64,000 bases of DNA, taken from Geosiphon pyriformis uo1. Its lineage: Eukaryota > Fungi > Glomeromycota. Below the pieces are notes generated by a model, which saw only the letters and a program-made list of their open reading frames with translations, did no database searches and was not told the origin of the DNA. The stretch spans positions 998,757-1,062,756 of the forward strand of contig JAAOMT010000134.1 of NCBI GenBank assembly GCA_016748015.1. Direction: 5' to 3'. This document shows, piece by piece, positions 62,476 through 64,000 of the stretch. The first letter of the stretch is position 1. Each line of letters starts with the position of its first letter. A program made the translations under genes and the position numbers.

Positions 62476-64000
62476 GTATATAACAGATGTATTATGGTTT
62501 GTTTTGTTGATGAAGCATCTAAGAAAACTGCTATTGGTTTTACTTCAGTTTTTAAAAGTGTAAATTTGTATTGGGCTGGTTTTTTTTTGGTCTGTTATGC
62601 TTAATGCAAACAATTTGGTTATGTTTCTGATATGTGTTTAGTAAATAGGAATATGAATAATTGCAATAAATAAATGATCAATTCTTTGAATCAAATTTGT
62701 CTGGTGAATATTTATAAAAAAAAACAGATGTTAATTGTTTATCCAGTTTTTTTTGTTATAAAACTTGGACTTAAATTGCTAATAGTTTTACTTCTTATAT
62801 AGTTTTTTTGGTTTTTTTTGATGCTGATTTATTTTTAGATGTTAGATTTATCTTACTAATTTTTTTGAACATGAATAGTAAATTTGCTACTTTTAAGTAT
62901 AATTTCATTAGTCTTGCAAAGCAAGTTAACAAACTGGCTAAAAAGTTGGATGTATTTGGGCCAATGGTTTCCTAGTTTAAACCTAAATGTCAGCTATTGG
63001 TAACTCTTTCATTACAGAATCAAGAGGTGAATATAGTAATAAGTAAAAGTTTAGGTGCAATCACTAGTAATAAGACTGTTGCAGATATAATAGTTATGGA
63101 TTTGTTAATAATTTTTAAATTGGAAAACAGTTTAATAAGTTTTTTAGATATGATTATAAGTCTTTTGGCCAAAGTAGACAATCTTGTTTTAGGATCAAAG
63201 TTTCATTCTTCTTAATAACCAGTCTTGTTTAGAAGTTTACTATATATAATATTAAAAGTATTAATATTTTTGCTAGACAAAAAGATGTTGTTTGTTGATA
63301 TACAGATATTGGTAATATGGTTTTTTTTATTATGGAAACAAAATTGAAGATTAATATTAAGTCATAAATTGTTAATAAGTTTAATAAAGTATATATCTTT
63401 ATATTTGAATTGAATAAAGATTTTTTTGATGCTGAAATGGTTATTATTATAAACAATTTTTTGGTTAGACATGTTTTTAAAATAAAAAAGATCTCTAATT
63501 ATGTTGTTTTAGTGTGGCTTCTATTTAAAAACAAGCTTTTAGTCATATTTTTAGGCTTGTATGCTGGTGTTTCTATTGAAGCTAAGTTTGATCAAACTTT
63601 AAATGTCAATTTTTTTATTGTCAAGACTGTTAACTTTAGCAATTTTGTCTTAAATAAAGATTTCAATAAAAATAAGTCTGGAAAAATACTAGTTTTAAGT
63701 TCTGTTTGAAATTGGGTTTGGTCAACTTGTTTGGTAAACATCCATTAGTCAGAGCCTTTACTTAGAGCAACTTAAAAAATGTTAAGAAAGTTATTGATTA
63801 CATTTTTGTAAGTAAAAGTTTGACATTAGCTATTGCTGATTATAGAGTTGACTCTGTATTCAACTTTTTTAACACTAATTACAAGACTGTTTTAGTATTA
63901 ATTGATTTAAGTGGTCTTTTGAATATTTATTTAAATAGTATGTACAAGCAAGTTAATATAGATTATTGAAAGTTCAAAATCAAAAATGCTAATAGTATTA

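Larger units (their letters stand above)
41540..64000 (+). mobile_element. Degenerate LINE: ORF1 41582-42761 + 62480-63215, ORF2 APE from ~63220; split by Gypsy A and running off the window
   Basis: ORF1 reads through after removing element A (KTCFIDCNLSLYV|YNRCIMVCFVDEASK); APE remnants METKLK...LGLYAG...DFNK...IDYIFV at 63220-63900. Confidence 0.8.

Overview
Eukaryotic, intron-rich, very AT-rich fungal genomic DNA. Gene style and transposon families suggest Glomeromycotina/Mucoromycota, possibly Geosiphon-like (inference only). The left half (1.3-32.7 kb) holds 11 protein genes, separated by microsatellite fields and near-pure A/T deserts: NOL8/Nop8, a C1-domain + Pex24p/DysF (Pex29-like) protein, UBXN1-like, a tail-membrane hypothetical protein, a class-3 lipase homologue lacking the catalytic Ser, CFAP410/C21orf2-like, OPA3, GET1, IPI1/TEX10, an ING PHD protein and the PP2A-A scaffold. 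The right half (33-64 kb) is decayed transposons: a minus-strand LINE carrying a solo LTR, and a plus-strand LINE split by a 19.7-kb Ty3/Gypsy element (with dUTPase) that itself holds a full-length Gypsy and two solo LTRs. All five LTR insertions have 4-bp TSDs, two of them decayed. Best leads: (1) repeat-restricted C>T/G>A hypermutation that removes TpC and spares ApC (RIP-like); (2) a U5 motif conserved in three LTR families that copies the tRNA 3' end and can pair over the PBS; (3) related extra 3' ORFs in both Gypsy elements; (4) a ciliary gene in a presumably non-flagellated fungus; (5) a CpG-preserved MITE sitting at the NOL8 promoter. All coordinates and counts were read by hand.
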